A stretch of 64,000 nucleotides of DNA, taken from the NCBI GenBank assembly GCA_965153455.1, contig OZ234493.1:17474213-17538212 (forward strand), in the 5' to 3' direction. Numbering within the stretch: the first letter of the stretch is position 1; the number at the start of each line of letters is the position of its first letter. A program made the position numbers and the translations under genes. Source of the DNA: Sphagnum compactum. Lineage: Eukaryota. The notes below the pieces were generated by a model, which saw only the letters and a list, made by a program, of their open reading frames with translations, searched no databases and was not told where the DNA came from. Below are positions 25,742 to 38,100 of the stretch, in pieces.

Positions 25742-26899
25742 CAGTAGTCTCCCCGTTTAAGTACGCACCCATTTAAGTACGCATCCCGGTTAAGTACGCA
25801 TTGTTTGGCAAAAAAATTAGGGTTCAAAATTATTAATTACCTCTGGTGTACGTTTTTTTAATAAATTTTACAGATAAAATGATCTAAGCTCCCAATTTTC
25901 TGAAGAAATTCGAAATTGCAGAAGTTCTGGTTCAGGATTTCACAAAATTGACACTTCCTGAATTGATGCATTCGGCTAATCAGAAAGCGGTAGCTTTGTA
26001 CTTAGTTTCTTGCCTAGACAACAGGAGTGTTTTGCTCGAGTCAACTATGTAATTGTCGTCAAATGGATCTCTCTGGTCCGGGTATTGACGTTAAATTAAA
26101 AGAAAGAAAGAAAGAAAGAAGGTTCCAGTTTTTTGCAAAAACATACAATCATCATAAGAACCTCTAATTTTGGGTTTATTTTGAGAACTGCTGGTCAAGG
26201 ATCTGAACTGGTTCTTTGATTTTCTGGGAACCGCTTGTGAAGGGTCCCGGGTACTCAACCCTACACACTAGTTCTTTTATTTGAAAAAGGAGAGAACCGC
26301 CCAACACTGGTTTAATATGGAGCACCCAAAAAACACAGATTTCAAGTGGGATCTTTTTTGTAGAACTCAAAATGGAAAAAGGAGAAAGAAGAAGAGACAA
26401 AACCCACTTAAGAAATAGAAATGCTTCGCGACAGGTGCATCACCCCAACATCAGGTAAAGTGGTGAAACCCTGCAAAACTTTATTAACAAACACACAGAA
26501 GATTTCGAAAATGTACAGTACAAAGGAATAATTAAAAAAGGAAAATGGAGAAGTTCCAGAATGTCAACTTAGTTCAGGTAAAGTAGTTTTTTTCTTTCGT
26601 GGCTCTGTCTCTCTGAGGGAGGAGGGACCACCCACTAATGTACCTAGTTTTCATTTGGTCCCACATTTTCAGGAATGTCCACCACGTGTCCTAACTTGTG
26701 AGACTTCATGGAAACATTTCACCGAACTTGCCATAAGGGACAAGGTAATGTGATTTTGTCTCAATAGGTAGTGTGTAGTTGCAAAGTAGATTACCAAAAG
26801 TGAGCGACTTGGGAGCTGCAAATCTAAAGTACGCACCTACTGGCTAAGTACGCACAAACCATGTAGGTTCAAGTTGCGTACTTAAGCGGGAGACTACTG
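25742..26899. mobile_element. Non-autonomous Tc1/mariner (pogo/Tigger-like) element, 1158 bp
   Basis: TIRs are CAGTAGTCTCCCCGTTTAAGTACGCA and TGCGTACTTAAGCGGGAGACTACTG. TA on both sides (25740-41, 26900-01). AAGTACGCA repeats near both ends. No transposase ORF. Confidence 0.85.
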
Positions 26900-28021
26900 T
26901 AGGCACAATCTTCTCCAGCCAAGGGGGGGGCAAAAATTGATGTGACGTGTCAACTTTTCATTGGCAATGATGTCAACATTCCAACAAATCGCATTGGTTC
27001 CGCCATCATATTTGGCACCCATTCGGACTTCAAGTCCCTTTCAAATGCGAGCGAATCATACCTTAAGGCCTGGTATAGAAAATAATACCAATACGGGCCA
27101 TGTATCGGTGACCAAAAATAATCTACCCCATACTGGGGTTGTGTATCGACGATGGACGTGATCCAGGGGCATTGGGAAAATGAAAATGATCTGCGCAATT
27201 GGTGTTTTTCCAGGCAGTTAAAAGTGATCTCAATAATGTGTGGATGACCAAAAATAATCCACATCGTCCATGCCTTACCAAAAAAGGATCCACCCTATGG
27301 AGTGAATATAAATCATCTCTTTCGTCCACGGGTGGTTGAAAATGATCCACTACATCCACGGATGTTTGGAAATGATCTACCCCATCCAATCGGTTGATCA
27401 CAATCGTTACCATGTTATCGCGACCGCTGTGCCCTGGAAATTAAAATAGATGAGAAAAGTCAAAACAAGTTGTACTGCAAGTCTATTGGCTCAGAATTTG
27501 CTTTTTATCTGAAATTTGGGTTAAGAATGGTGAGCTCTCTATTGCATTTTCCAAAGCTAATATTGTGGCCACCATTGTTTAATGAATACCCCACCTCATG
27601 GGGATCTCCAGAATGCAAATATATGCATATATTGCTAGCGCATGCAGAGCGTGCCAACAACAATGAAAACTTTGAACAGTAGGCGTTGTCTTTTATTGGA
27701 ACAACAACACTTTCATATATTTTTTTTGGTCCAAATGTTTTTCCTGGATAAGGCTTATCCAAATTTGATTGTGGGTATTGATGCTCTAGATGGATTGCAG
27801 CATTGATAAACATTACAGGTATCCCTAGTTTTAATGGGCTGGGTTTGTCAAGTCCACATTTAAGATTTTGCAGGTTAAATATATGCACTAAGAGGCCTCA
27901 ATCAGGGGTTTGGATGAATTAGCACCTGCAGTGGTACTGTGGTATAAACATTATTGCTTCTAAACATTATAAATACATGCCTTGGATGAAGCATTGGTGC
28001 CATGGTCGAAATTTACAAAAT

Positions 28022-28338
28022 CATTTAAATCGTTTCTAAATATTATAAATATCCCATGATTAGACAAAATCACAGTCTCTGATTCCAAATCTAACATCTC
28101 TTGGGTTTTAATTTGGCCACTAAGCTGCCTCACTCAAGAAGCTGAAGGTGATCAACCGGTCATCAGTGTAGGCCACAAGTTGGCCAGGGTGAACCCAGCA
28201 CCCATGTTGGTACCTTGACCTTTTTGAATGAGCCCTCTTAGTGGCCATATTAAGCCCAAAAAATGTTAAATCTGAACTCGGACACCCTGATTTGGTCTAA
28301 GCATGGGATATTTGTAATGTTTAGAAATAATTTAAATG
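28022..28338. repeat. Foldback/MITE-like inverted repeat, ~100-bp arms around a ~112-bp spacer
   Basis: 28022-28124 (catttaaat...aatatcccatg.ttagac.aaatca...tggccactaag) is an imperfect reverse complement of 28237-28338. Confidence 0.7.
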
Positions 28339-29484
28339 GACTAGCTTGGGATCATACCTTAAGGCTCTCAAGTCACAGTGTCCTTGTTGGCTGATTGAAT
28401 ATCATTGAAACTACTTAATTGCTCGATGGGAATTTGAAAAAGTTTCTCAAAGTCCACAATTTTTTTATAAAAACAATCAAGGCATTGAAACTAGTGTTGC
28501 CCTGTTATTCGGGAATTATTTAAAATAAATGTGTTGGGTACCAATAAAGGGCACAATGACAAGCTATTGCAACCTACATGCCGGTTCTCACTAGCAGCAA
28601 TATTTATTTTGGGAAAAAAAAAAAGGTGAGCTAGAGTTGCACAAGAAGTCCAAGACCATATAATTCACAGGGCTCTTGTGAAAATACCAGCCAATCTCAT
28701 TTGTAAAGTTGAATCCATCAGAGACATGTCTGTGGACGTCAGCTGCAGAAGGCGTCCAGGCGCTGAAGAAGACTTACGTATGCCAGTGATTTTGCAACTG
28801 CTGCTGGCTTGTTTATCAGAGTGCCATGTGGCATCATTTCAAACACTTCCAAAGTAAAGATTTATTTTTTTGTCGCCTTTCTTTCACAGCACTTGAATGA
28901 TTTTGTCATAATTACATGAAAAATCCTTAATTACATCGACAGTAAAAATATTAATACCTTTCATAATATTGGGCGCTAGGCCTACCTCCACTCCAGGTCC
29001 CAGAAGGGACCAACTAGTTGTTTCCAGCAACTACAAACACAGTGAATGATTGCTAGTCACAGTATGAGACTTGGAAAAAAAAAACAGTACTGATTTGGGA
29101 CAGTTCGACTATTTACAGGATCTTAACATACTGTTGTTCTCTAACGTTGTAGACCAAGCTGCCCGGAAAACTGAATACTACTTAGCCTACTGAATGGGGG
29201 GGGGATAAACAAGGCACTAGCAGCAGCAGACATTCACATGGCATTTACATTGACATGGCATTATTTGTCTGAGGTACATAGGGTTCATTTTTCTTCACAA
29301 GTTCCTCAAATAGGTCCAATGGGGGAGGGTCCCCCAACATTTATTACCATTGTTACTGGCAACTGTCATTTGAGGTGGGCTGTAGCATTTTTACAAAATG
29401 GGTGGGCCTAGGTCTAGATATGGGTAATTTATTTATTTTCATTACAAAAAAGGTCCGAAAAATGGCTAAAAAATCACCCAAGTC

Positions 29485-30405
29485 ACTCCTGCCCACCAAG
29501 GATGTTCATTGCTTGGTTAAACAGGAAAAAAAATTCGTGCCATATAAAATTTCCCCCCCTTTTTTTGTTCATGGGCTTGAATGACCCAACACCCACCGGC
29601 GCAGAAGCCACAAATCTTGTTTTAGGGTTCAAGGTGGACAAACTTTTCTCCTGGGGCAATTAAAGAACAGGTCGGAGAAAACGGATAAAACATACTTATC
29701 AAAGAGGTATATAATATGGATTTGTATGGAAGAACTTAAGCCGTATCACAAAATTAATCAAGAATTATTTTTTAAAGTCTGCTTTATTGGACCCCTCAAA
29801 TGTTTCGGGTATACATGTGGACCACCCAAGGATTTTTATTTTTTTGTCTGTTTATGTTTTGTGAATACATTTAATAGGGTATAAATATTTAATGCCGTGC
29901 AAGGACATATTTTGTTTTGGGATCGTAATCATTTGCATCTTTTTAGAGTAGGAGTATTGTAGGACTCCTGCCCACCAAGGATGTTCATTGCTTGATTAAA
30001 CAGGAAAAAAAATTCGTGCCGTATAAAATTTCCCCCCTTTTATTTTCCTGGGCTTGAATGACCCAACACCCACCGGCGCAGCAGCCACAAATCTCGTTTT
30101 AGGATTCAGGGTGGACGAACTTTTCTCCCGGGGAAATTAAAGAATAGCTCGGAGAAAATGGATAAAACAATACTTATCAAATTGAAAACCTTTACCATCA
30201 AAGAGGTATATAATATGGATTTGTATGGAGAACCTTAAGCCGTATCACAAAATGAATCAAGAATTATTTATTGAGGTCTGCTTTATTGGACCCCTCAAAT
30301 GTTTCGGATATACATGTGGACCACCCAAGGATTTTTTTTGGTCTATTTATGTTTTGTGAATACATTTAACAGGGTATAAACATTTAATGTTGTGTAAGGA
30401 ATATT
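29485..30405 (+). repeat. Tandem duplication of a ~480-bp unit
   Basis: actcctgcccaccaaggatgttcattgctt starts at both 29485 and 29964. The copies stay colinear through ...gggtataaa.atttaatg...gtg.aagga. Confidence 0.9.
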
Positions 30406-31665
30406 ATTGGCCAGCTAATACAACTTATCATAAAAGTCTGGCCAGTGTTTTATAAACTTTTTTTTACCACAAAGTTTGGCCAATTTGGGACCATTTATTT
30501 TCCATGAAAAATCCTTCAAATAGGTTGAAATTTGAAACCATATATTTCAGGTGCAAAATTGGCAAAAAATTTGGCAATAAAACAAATCCCAGGTTCTAGG
30601 GTTTAGGCAAGTAGGCAGTAGTACGTACATTACTACACATACTGAGTAGGCCAATCACGTGGTTGCCCGAAAAAGAAACTAAAGAAATATAAATAAAAGA
30701 AAATGGGGCAAGGGATGATGGGGAGGTTAATGATGGAAAGAAGGATGGATGGACGGAAGGACCGAGGGACGGACGAATAGATACATAGAAACTAAGAAAG
30801 AAAGAAAGAAAGAAAGGAAGACGGACGGATGGATGGACGGATGTACGTACGTAGAGCTCTTTGATCCCACTGCCATGGCCACAATCCGCGAATGTCTGTG
30901 ACGAACAGACACCACCACGTTTGCTTTAATATATAGGATCTTGCAATGAGAAGGAATCTTGTAAATACGATCTAGTTTACTTTTACTGTCATTTGTAAGA
31001 AAAATTAAACAATATCCCCTTGAAGTAAATGTTTTTTTTCTTATCGTAAACGGCAGGGCCAGCATGTGACGCATGCCGTGCCCGTCGTGTTTTGTTTGTC
31101 CTTGACGACGAACATGTGTCGTTCGAATAAACCTTGGCCGGATTGTGTGGTGGATGAAATTGAACCCATAAAATGCAATTTCGTCCCATGAATGAAGATT
31201 TGATGTGAGTCATAATGGTTTACAATACAAATGTCAGTCGCGAGAATGAAACCCTAATGTTAAATTATGGATAATGGAGCGGGGGAAAATTGATATTTAC
31301 TTAAAATGGATGTCATATTAATTTCCTTAAAGAATTACTTTGTTTTTTCCAAGACCGGGGGGAGGGAGGGGAAGGAGGTTCAATTCCCTGCACCCCCGGT
31401 CCTCCTACTCTTATCTGAGCTTTGGTTCGATGACCAGCCTAAACCCCCCCCCCCGCCGCGCCCCCCTCCTCCCTCTTCTACTTGCAATTGGTTGGTTGCC
31501 TTTTGTTATTTTTCATCAAGCCTCACTCATTTTCTCCCTCTGCTTGTTCGATTTCCGGTCGGTCGAATCGTTCATTTTGTTAAGATGTCTATTTTTCCCC
31601 AGCGATTGAAATTGTTGAACTTTTTCCCTCCGCGAACGAATGTAAACGCGGAGAGCCCAGAGTTC

Positions 31666-32152
31666 GCTTTATTGGACCCCTCAAATTTTTGAGAAATACA
31701 TGGTAACCCCCTAAGGATTTTTTTTGTCCGTTTATGTTTTACGAATACATTTAACAGGGTATAAATATTTAATGTTGTGTAAGGAGGTATTTCGTTTGAA
31801 GATCGTCATCATTTGCATCATTTTTTAGCAGGAGTATTGCAGGACTCGTGCCCTCCAAGGATGCTCATTGCTTAATTGAATGGGAAAAGAAAATCTTGCC
31901 TTCTGAAATTTCCCGGTTTTTTTTGTTTCCCGGGCTTGAATGACCCAACACCCACCAGTGCCCCGTCCACAAATCTCGTTTTAGGGTTTAGGGTTGACAA
32001 ACTTTTCTCCCAGGGAAATTAATAAATAGCTCGGAGAAAACGGAGAAAGTATACTTGTAAAATTAAAAATCTATACCATCAAAGAGGTATTTGATATGAA
32101 TTTGTCTGGAACAACCCAAGCCGCATCACAAAATAAATCAAGAATTGCTTTT
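31666..32152 (+). repeat. Third, circularly permuted copy of the ~480-bp unit
   Basis: Starts at gctttattggacccctcaaat (mid-unit), passes ggagtattg.aggactc.tgccc.ccaaggatg, and ends at aatcaagaatt. Confidence 0.8.
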
Positions 32153-32160
32153 TATGACGA

Positions 32161-32289
32161 CCAAATAATAATTAGGGTTGTTTTGGGAAAAGGAACATTG
32201 TGGGAACGCCGCAGGGCATATCTAGCCAAATAATAGTTAGGGTTGTTTTGGGAAAAGGAACATTATGGCAACGCCGTAGGGCATATCTA
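32161..32289 (+). repeat. Two-copy ~66-bp tandem repeat
   Basis: ccaaataata.ttagggttgttttgggaaaaggaacatt.tgg.aacgccg.agggcatatcta occurs twice. Confidence 0.85.
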
Positions 32290-33749
32290 AAGTATGTCAT
32301 CATGGCGAATCCCGATTAATTTTAATTGGTAAATACCCTAGGACATTTTTGGTAAACAGTAATAGAGTTTTCACGCTCGCACAAAGTTTAATATATCACA
32401 CATCCTTTTTAATCTATAAACATTCATTGTAACAAAGCTTTGTTGGGATGGAGGACGAATTAAATGTTTATTAAACAATGAGAATGAGAATAAGATCTAT
32501 TTCCCTCCAAATATACAAAAGATAAATCGACCATGAATCATGCATGTCCGTAAATGTTATGTGATGGCCCACAATTTTGACACCCCCCCCCCTGGACCCC
32601 CAAAAACACAATTTCCATATGCTCCTCCATCCTCTCCCAATGGCCCTTGTAATCCCTTTAGTTTATTGTTATTTTTATATATAATAATCTATAAAATTGT
32701 GTCAATGGCGACATTTTGATGGGTAGTCAAAAGCTAAATAGAATGCAAACGTAACTATTGAAGCTGCACACAAAAACGTAAAATAATTCGAACCACGTCA
32801 TGCGAAGTTATACTATAATGGAGTACAGCGAAAAAATAGGAAAAGGAAGTCGATTAGCGAGCCAGGGAGTGAGCTTCCATTGAGAGGTTCTTTAAAAATT
32901 TAGTGGAGTGGTACCCTAAGCCCCAAATTGAACTTTAAAATTTCGCGATTTTTTGCCATCAAAAAAAGTTTTTTTTTTAATTATAATGTGTGATATGACG
33001 TGATATAAGCAAAACATGATGTGTGATAGCGCCGCGGGGAAACGTCATATGGGTTCAGTTTATGGAACATGTAAAAATTATAAAATATGCTTCATATATG
33101 GTGCACAGGATTTTTGTACAGGCCACATTAAATACCTAAAACTATGTTCAGCATTTTCCCAAGCGTTATCAAAGAAGTGGCAGCCGTATTGCAATGAATA
33201 CAGGATTGTATCAAATCCACCACAAAGTAATTTACCTTTTCATAGAATTTATTAGATTCCATTTATGAGGATAAATAATATATATGCATGGATGGAAATA
33301 AAAGGCTGCGCAACATGCTACGAAGGCCAAAGTACATTTAATCACGTCATTTATCAATTTCTCCAAACATAATGAAATTGGAGTGGGGCACAGAATAAAC
33401 ATACGGGGTTAGAGATTTTTTTTTTCTAATGTTCTAGTGTGCAGCAGGAATTTCTCTCACAAAATCTCGTGATTTGGAAAACCAGGAGCTGTTCTGTATG
33501 TGTAACCAGGAGCGCTTCACATCACCGAACTCTTGTTCCTAAGGTGAGCAACCTGACATCGGGCTCCATGTAAATTTCAAAGATACATCTTATAATCTTG
33601 TACGCAAGGTCGGCCCGTCATTCAAATCACGAACTTTTGGATTGTCATTTTCTGCACATGTTATGCTAGAAGGGGGCATTACAACACAAACGACACACGT
33701 TCCACTTCGCACAGATGCCAGCTTATTTGAGCGCGGGGAGCAAGCGCAG

Positions 33750-35190
33750 GTATCAAAACCTGAACCTATACCGGCATTTGCATCCGAAAATTTCATCTGT
33801 TGTCGTTGTGGCTTTCCAGTGCAGCGGAAAATCCTAGGAACAGAAAGTTCTTTCGTGAATCGTGCAGCATGTTACAAATTCTAACTTGTTCTCACTGTGA
33901 GATCGCAACAAAACTTGTAGGACTCGCCTTGATAAATTTGTAGAATTTTTTGGTGGTTCAAAGACGTTATCCGTGTGGGCGAAATGAATGTCTGTCCACA
34001 CAATACCAAATTACCATAGTGTGCAAACGTTAGTTCAAGCTATATTGGTTTGCGTAGCCCCAAACATTTCAAGTGCGTGCATTCGGAGTCTGTTGTAGAC
34101 ATGGAACCTGTGTTGTTTTCATCTTTCAACTCCCGCCCTTCACTGTTTTACAGGAGCGAGGAGGCAAAGGGAGCACAGTCGTTAGATCGCATCGCAAGTC
34201 CAACTCCATGTATGTGCGAACTTATCTAAGTAAGCACATGTGCAGAACTACCTTAAGGGCCGTATGCATGAATTTGAACACTTTCCTATTGAGGGGATGT
34301 CGGTGTCGGGTAAGATCACCAACGCCCAAAATTTGATTTCGTGTGTCTACAAGGTTCAGGTGGATTCGACAAAGCCGGTGTTATTGGTATATCGACCTTT
34401 GGTTTTCTATCGTAACCCTGATGCCTGCACAAACATCTGTTTGAGCACAGCGGGCAATATGTATAGGTATCAAAATATCAACCCTACACCATCATCCACA
34501 TTCGTTTCCCTCTCAAAACTTGATTCGGGGTCGTTGTCACAGTGGCTTTGGAGCGCAGTGAAAAAGTCGTCGGAAACGGAGAGCTCTCGTGTGAATGGTG
34601 TAGCGTGTTGTAAAATTGAACTTGTTTTTCACACATAGAATTATGAGATCGCAGGAAAAATTTGTGTGATTGCACCTGATATCTTTGCAGTGATTTTTTC
34701 ATGTTTTAATGAAGTCACTTAGTGCCGGTGAAACGGATGTTTGTCGACCCAACACCAAAATAACACAGTGTGCAGACATTGGTTTAGGATGTATTGGTTT
34801 ACAGAACTCCGGGCATTTGAGGGATAGAATCAATGTTGTTTTCGTCTTTCCACTCGCACACTTCCATGCTTTACAGGGGGCCACGGGGCGCACGGAGCAC
34901 AGTGATTAGATGCCATCGCAAATTCCACTGCATATATACGCCCGAACCCTTATTCCGGCACTGAGACCCAGTAAGCGCACGGACCCGACATCTTTGGTGT
35001 ATGCAGGTATTTGATCTTGTGTAGATGTTCTGTTCGGGAAAATCAATGTGTACACTAAAATCAGAACTGCATTTTCCTATGTATGCAGGCTGCAGGTTGG
35101 TTCGACTGGGCTGGAGTTATCCGTGTATTGACCTTTCATTATCAATCACAACTCTAAACCCTAAACCCAAAACATCGGTCTGTTATCAAC
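33750..35190 (+). repeat. Diverged tandem duplication (~720-740-bp unit) immediately upstream of the recombinase-helicase frame
   Basis: Colinear anchor pairs: tatcaaaa (33751/34468), gtggcttt (~33808/34542), tgagatcgca (~33897/34644), tgttgttttc.tcttt (34111/34834), ggagcacagt..ttagat (~34170/34894), caggt.g.ttcgac (~34357/35093). Confidence 0.65.
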
Positions 35191-35198
35191 CGATATTC

Positions 35199-38100
35199 AT
35201 GGCCGACTTCCGATGCCCCGAATGTAACATTTGTTTCGCCGCTTCTCATCAACGCGATGGACATCGCCAATTGGTGCATCAAACGACCTGTAAGATCCGT
35301 ACCGCCACCGGTCGAATTACTATCAATCGATCGATTGACGGTAAATATCCTTGCCCCATGGAGGGCTGCACGAGCACATTTGAGCGCAGTGATACGCTCT
35401 AGCACCATTTCAAAGGGCGACATGGGGAGCAAAGCAACTCCGCCCTAAATCAACATCTTGACGACGATGCGCAAATTAGGGCAATGTCCCTGGGCATGTT
35501 AATCGAGCCGCCCATCGAGCAAACACCGGAACTGCTCCGTGATGTCGGCCTTACGGTTCTCAACATCGCGGATGGCATTCATCTCCTGTTGTGCAGGGTT
35601 TGCAACGTATGTCTGGAGCCCGAGGCTCGCCGTGTGCATAACCACTTGTTAGGGCACAACAATTAGAGAGCTCCCAAACGACATCGCAACGGTGGTCCCC
35701 GTCGCGTGACTGGGATCCCACCTGTTACGGATTTCGCATCGTCGCTCGATGAGATCGAGTTCACCCAGTTGCAAGACCCTCGCCTGGAAAGGTATACCAC
35801 ATCTCCACGGCAGGAGCTTTTGCCGGTGGTCCCAGGGATAAGGGTTGTGAACGGATATCGATGCGAGGCGGATGGATGTGCGTACTATTCCGCCACCAAG
35901 AAGATTATGGGCAATCATCGTCGCGCCAACCATTTCTTCTTACCAATTCATGCAAACGGTCAACCGTGTCAAGTGCAGCGCCTTTTCAGAAAGGTCGGGT
36001 ACACCGGGTATTTTGGTGTGGACCACCAGAATATGGAGCTTGAAGGCGATCCAGCAGGGCTCCACTTGAAGGAGCAGGTGCACGTTTCGTTACAGGCCCA
36101 CCAATGTTCCCTGGGAAACGTGGCACCAAATCCATCCATTCGTGAGTTGAGTCCATGGCTCAGAGTGTCTCGTTGGCACGAACTAGCCGTTAACCACATC
36201 ATTCCGGCAGGTACGCCGCCGGATCGCATCAAGCGAGCCAGCATGCTCCCGAACCCGATCGACGGGGAATCCAATTTGGATCGTTTGCCCTCGATGGTCC
36301 GAAGGTATTTGGAGGCTTTGCAGGCCATGATCGGTCGTGTGCCGTATCATCTCAGGCGGTTGGTCGTTTCAGTGGAAGATTCCCCCCTGGCCACGGTGGG
36401 GTTCAACCAGCTTTGGGTGCCATCCACAATAAGCAAATATTGTATGTTGATGACCAAGCTGCTCACTACGATGGTCCGATCCAGGGACAGCGCCCCGGTG
36501 GATGATGAGCCATTCGTCAACGTTCTTGGCGATTTGCATCCAGATCTCGGAGATGCGTTGGAGAATCTCATTTTTCGCATCCGAAGTCGACGAGATGCGG
36601 AGGGGGACGACGAAGATCTCGTTCCGATCCACGCGGTGTTATTGAACATTTGCAGACCGCCGACGTGTCCGATCGTTGGGCACGGGCCGCAAACCGGTTG
36701 TCCGATAATCAGGTTCCTGATCGTGAACAACTTGAAGTCGGACCCTTTGTCGACCAACCTCGCTTTCGAACACGTTCGACACGTGACAGGTCCCGTAGCC
36801 ATTCTCCAGTATTGGTGGAGATGCACGATCCTCATGCAGCTGGTGCGTCCGATGTGGCAGCCCGATCACCCCCCAATCCCGTGGTGCGAAGCCGAGGAGT
36901 GGCTCCCTTGCGTTCGTGATAGCGCCAAAGATACACCGTTCAACAGACTGCGGGAGACCATGCGCCTCGCATGGAGGGTGTTGGGCGACGGCCCTGACAT
37001 TCCAAGACTTGTTCGGATCGGTCCCATGGCGTGCACAATCGATGGTCAAGCCGTCACCATCGACACGTTACGAAACCTGGTCGGCAAGCTACTCCGCGAG
37101 GCAAATCAAGTGATGAGCAACCAATTGTTGCTAGGACTCCAGATAGCTTGGATCAACCGGGTGATAGCTGAGGGCAACGTTGAGGACAGGGCGAACGAAG
37201 ACGAAGTCGGGTATTCTTTCTTGTCGGATGCCCGTAATGAATTTCATCGCCGTGGACAAGATCTCACCATCCACCTTTTCAGCGAACGGCGTACCCGAGG
37301 TCTCTTCGTCAAAGGCACAGACGGCGATGGATCCATCGTATGGAATCAAAATGCCTTGGCATTGTGGGCAAAGGCGGCGGATCGTATGCACGCGTTGTTA
37401 TTTTTACTCATGCATTTCACTGCCGGTGGTCCTCCTCGCGGGGAGGAGTACAGGAGCTATCTCCTTCGCAACACGGAGCATTCCGATAGGACATTTTATT
37501 GGTCGGCCGGCACCATCATGACCTTCCAGAGGTACCACAAGGGCGCCAACGCCGGGCGGCCGGTCAAATTGATACCCCGTTTCCTACCTCCGGAACTCAA
37601 TTTGCTCTTCATCGAATACATGTTGCTGGTGAGGCCGGTGCAGTCCTTCATCGCGGGCCTGCGTGGAAACATCAACGCCGCTTGACAATACATGAACCTT
37701 TGGGCCATTCAACGAGATGCCGCCATGGACGGCGAAGATGTTTCCCGTTTGGTGGCCACGGCGTTCCTCGAGCACGCAAATCTCGATTTGGGGATCGCGG
37801 ATTATCGTCATCTGGCCGCTTACTTCGGGGGTGCCATCAAGCAAAGTTATTGCACGGAATTTCCCATCGATGAGACATCCGGGCACTCTTCGACCACGAC
37901 CGCACGACAGTATGCCAATTGTTCCAACGATCACAGATTCATGGACAGTCAACAAATGTACACGTACAGATTGGCCGCCGAAGCGTGGCATCGCTTGTTG
38001 CAATTTGATCGGAGCCCGGTCCGAAACCCTTCATCCGGTGGTTCGACCGTCGAGATTCCGACGAGCGTCGACCTACCCGACGGCCATTGTCCGTCGCAAT

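Noticed and set aside
26950-27888. ORFs of 96-127 aa as a gene
   Set aside because: No recognisable motif and no consistent frame or splice model.
31979-31997. TTTAGGG motifs here and at 35154 and 60972 as a telomere
   Set aside because: Only two to three units at each site; these are interstitial telo-box-like motifs, not an array.
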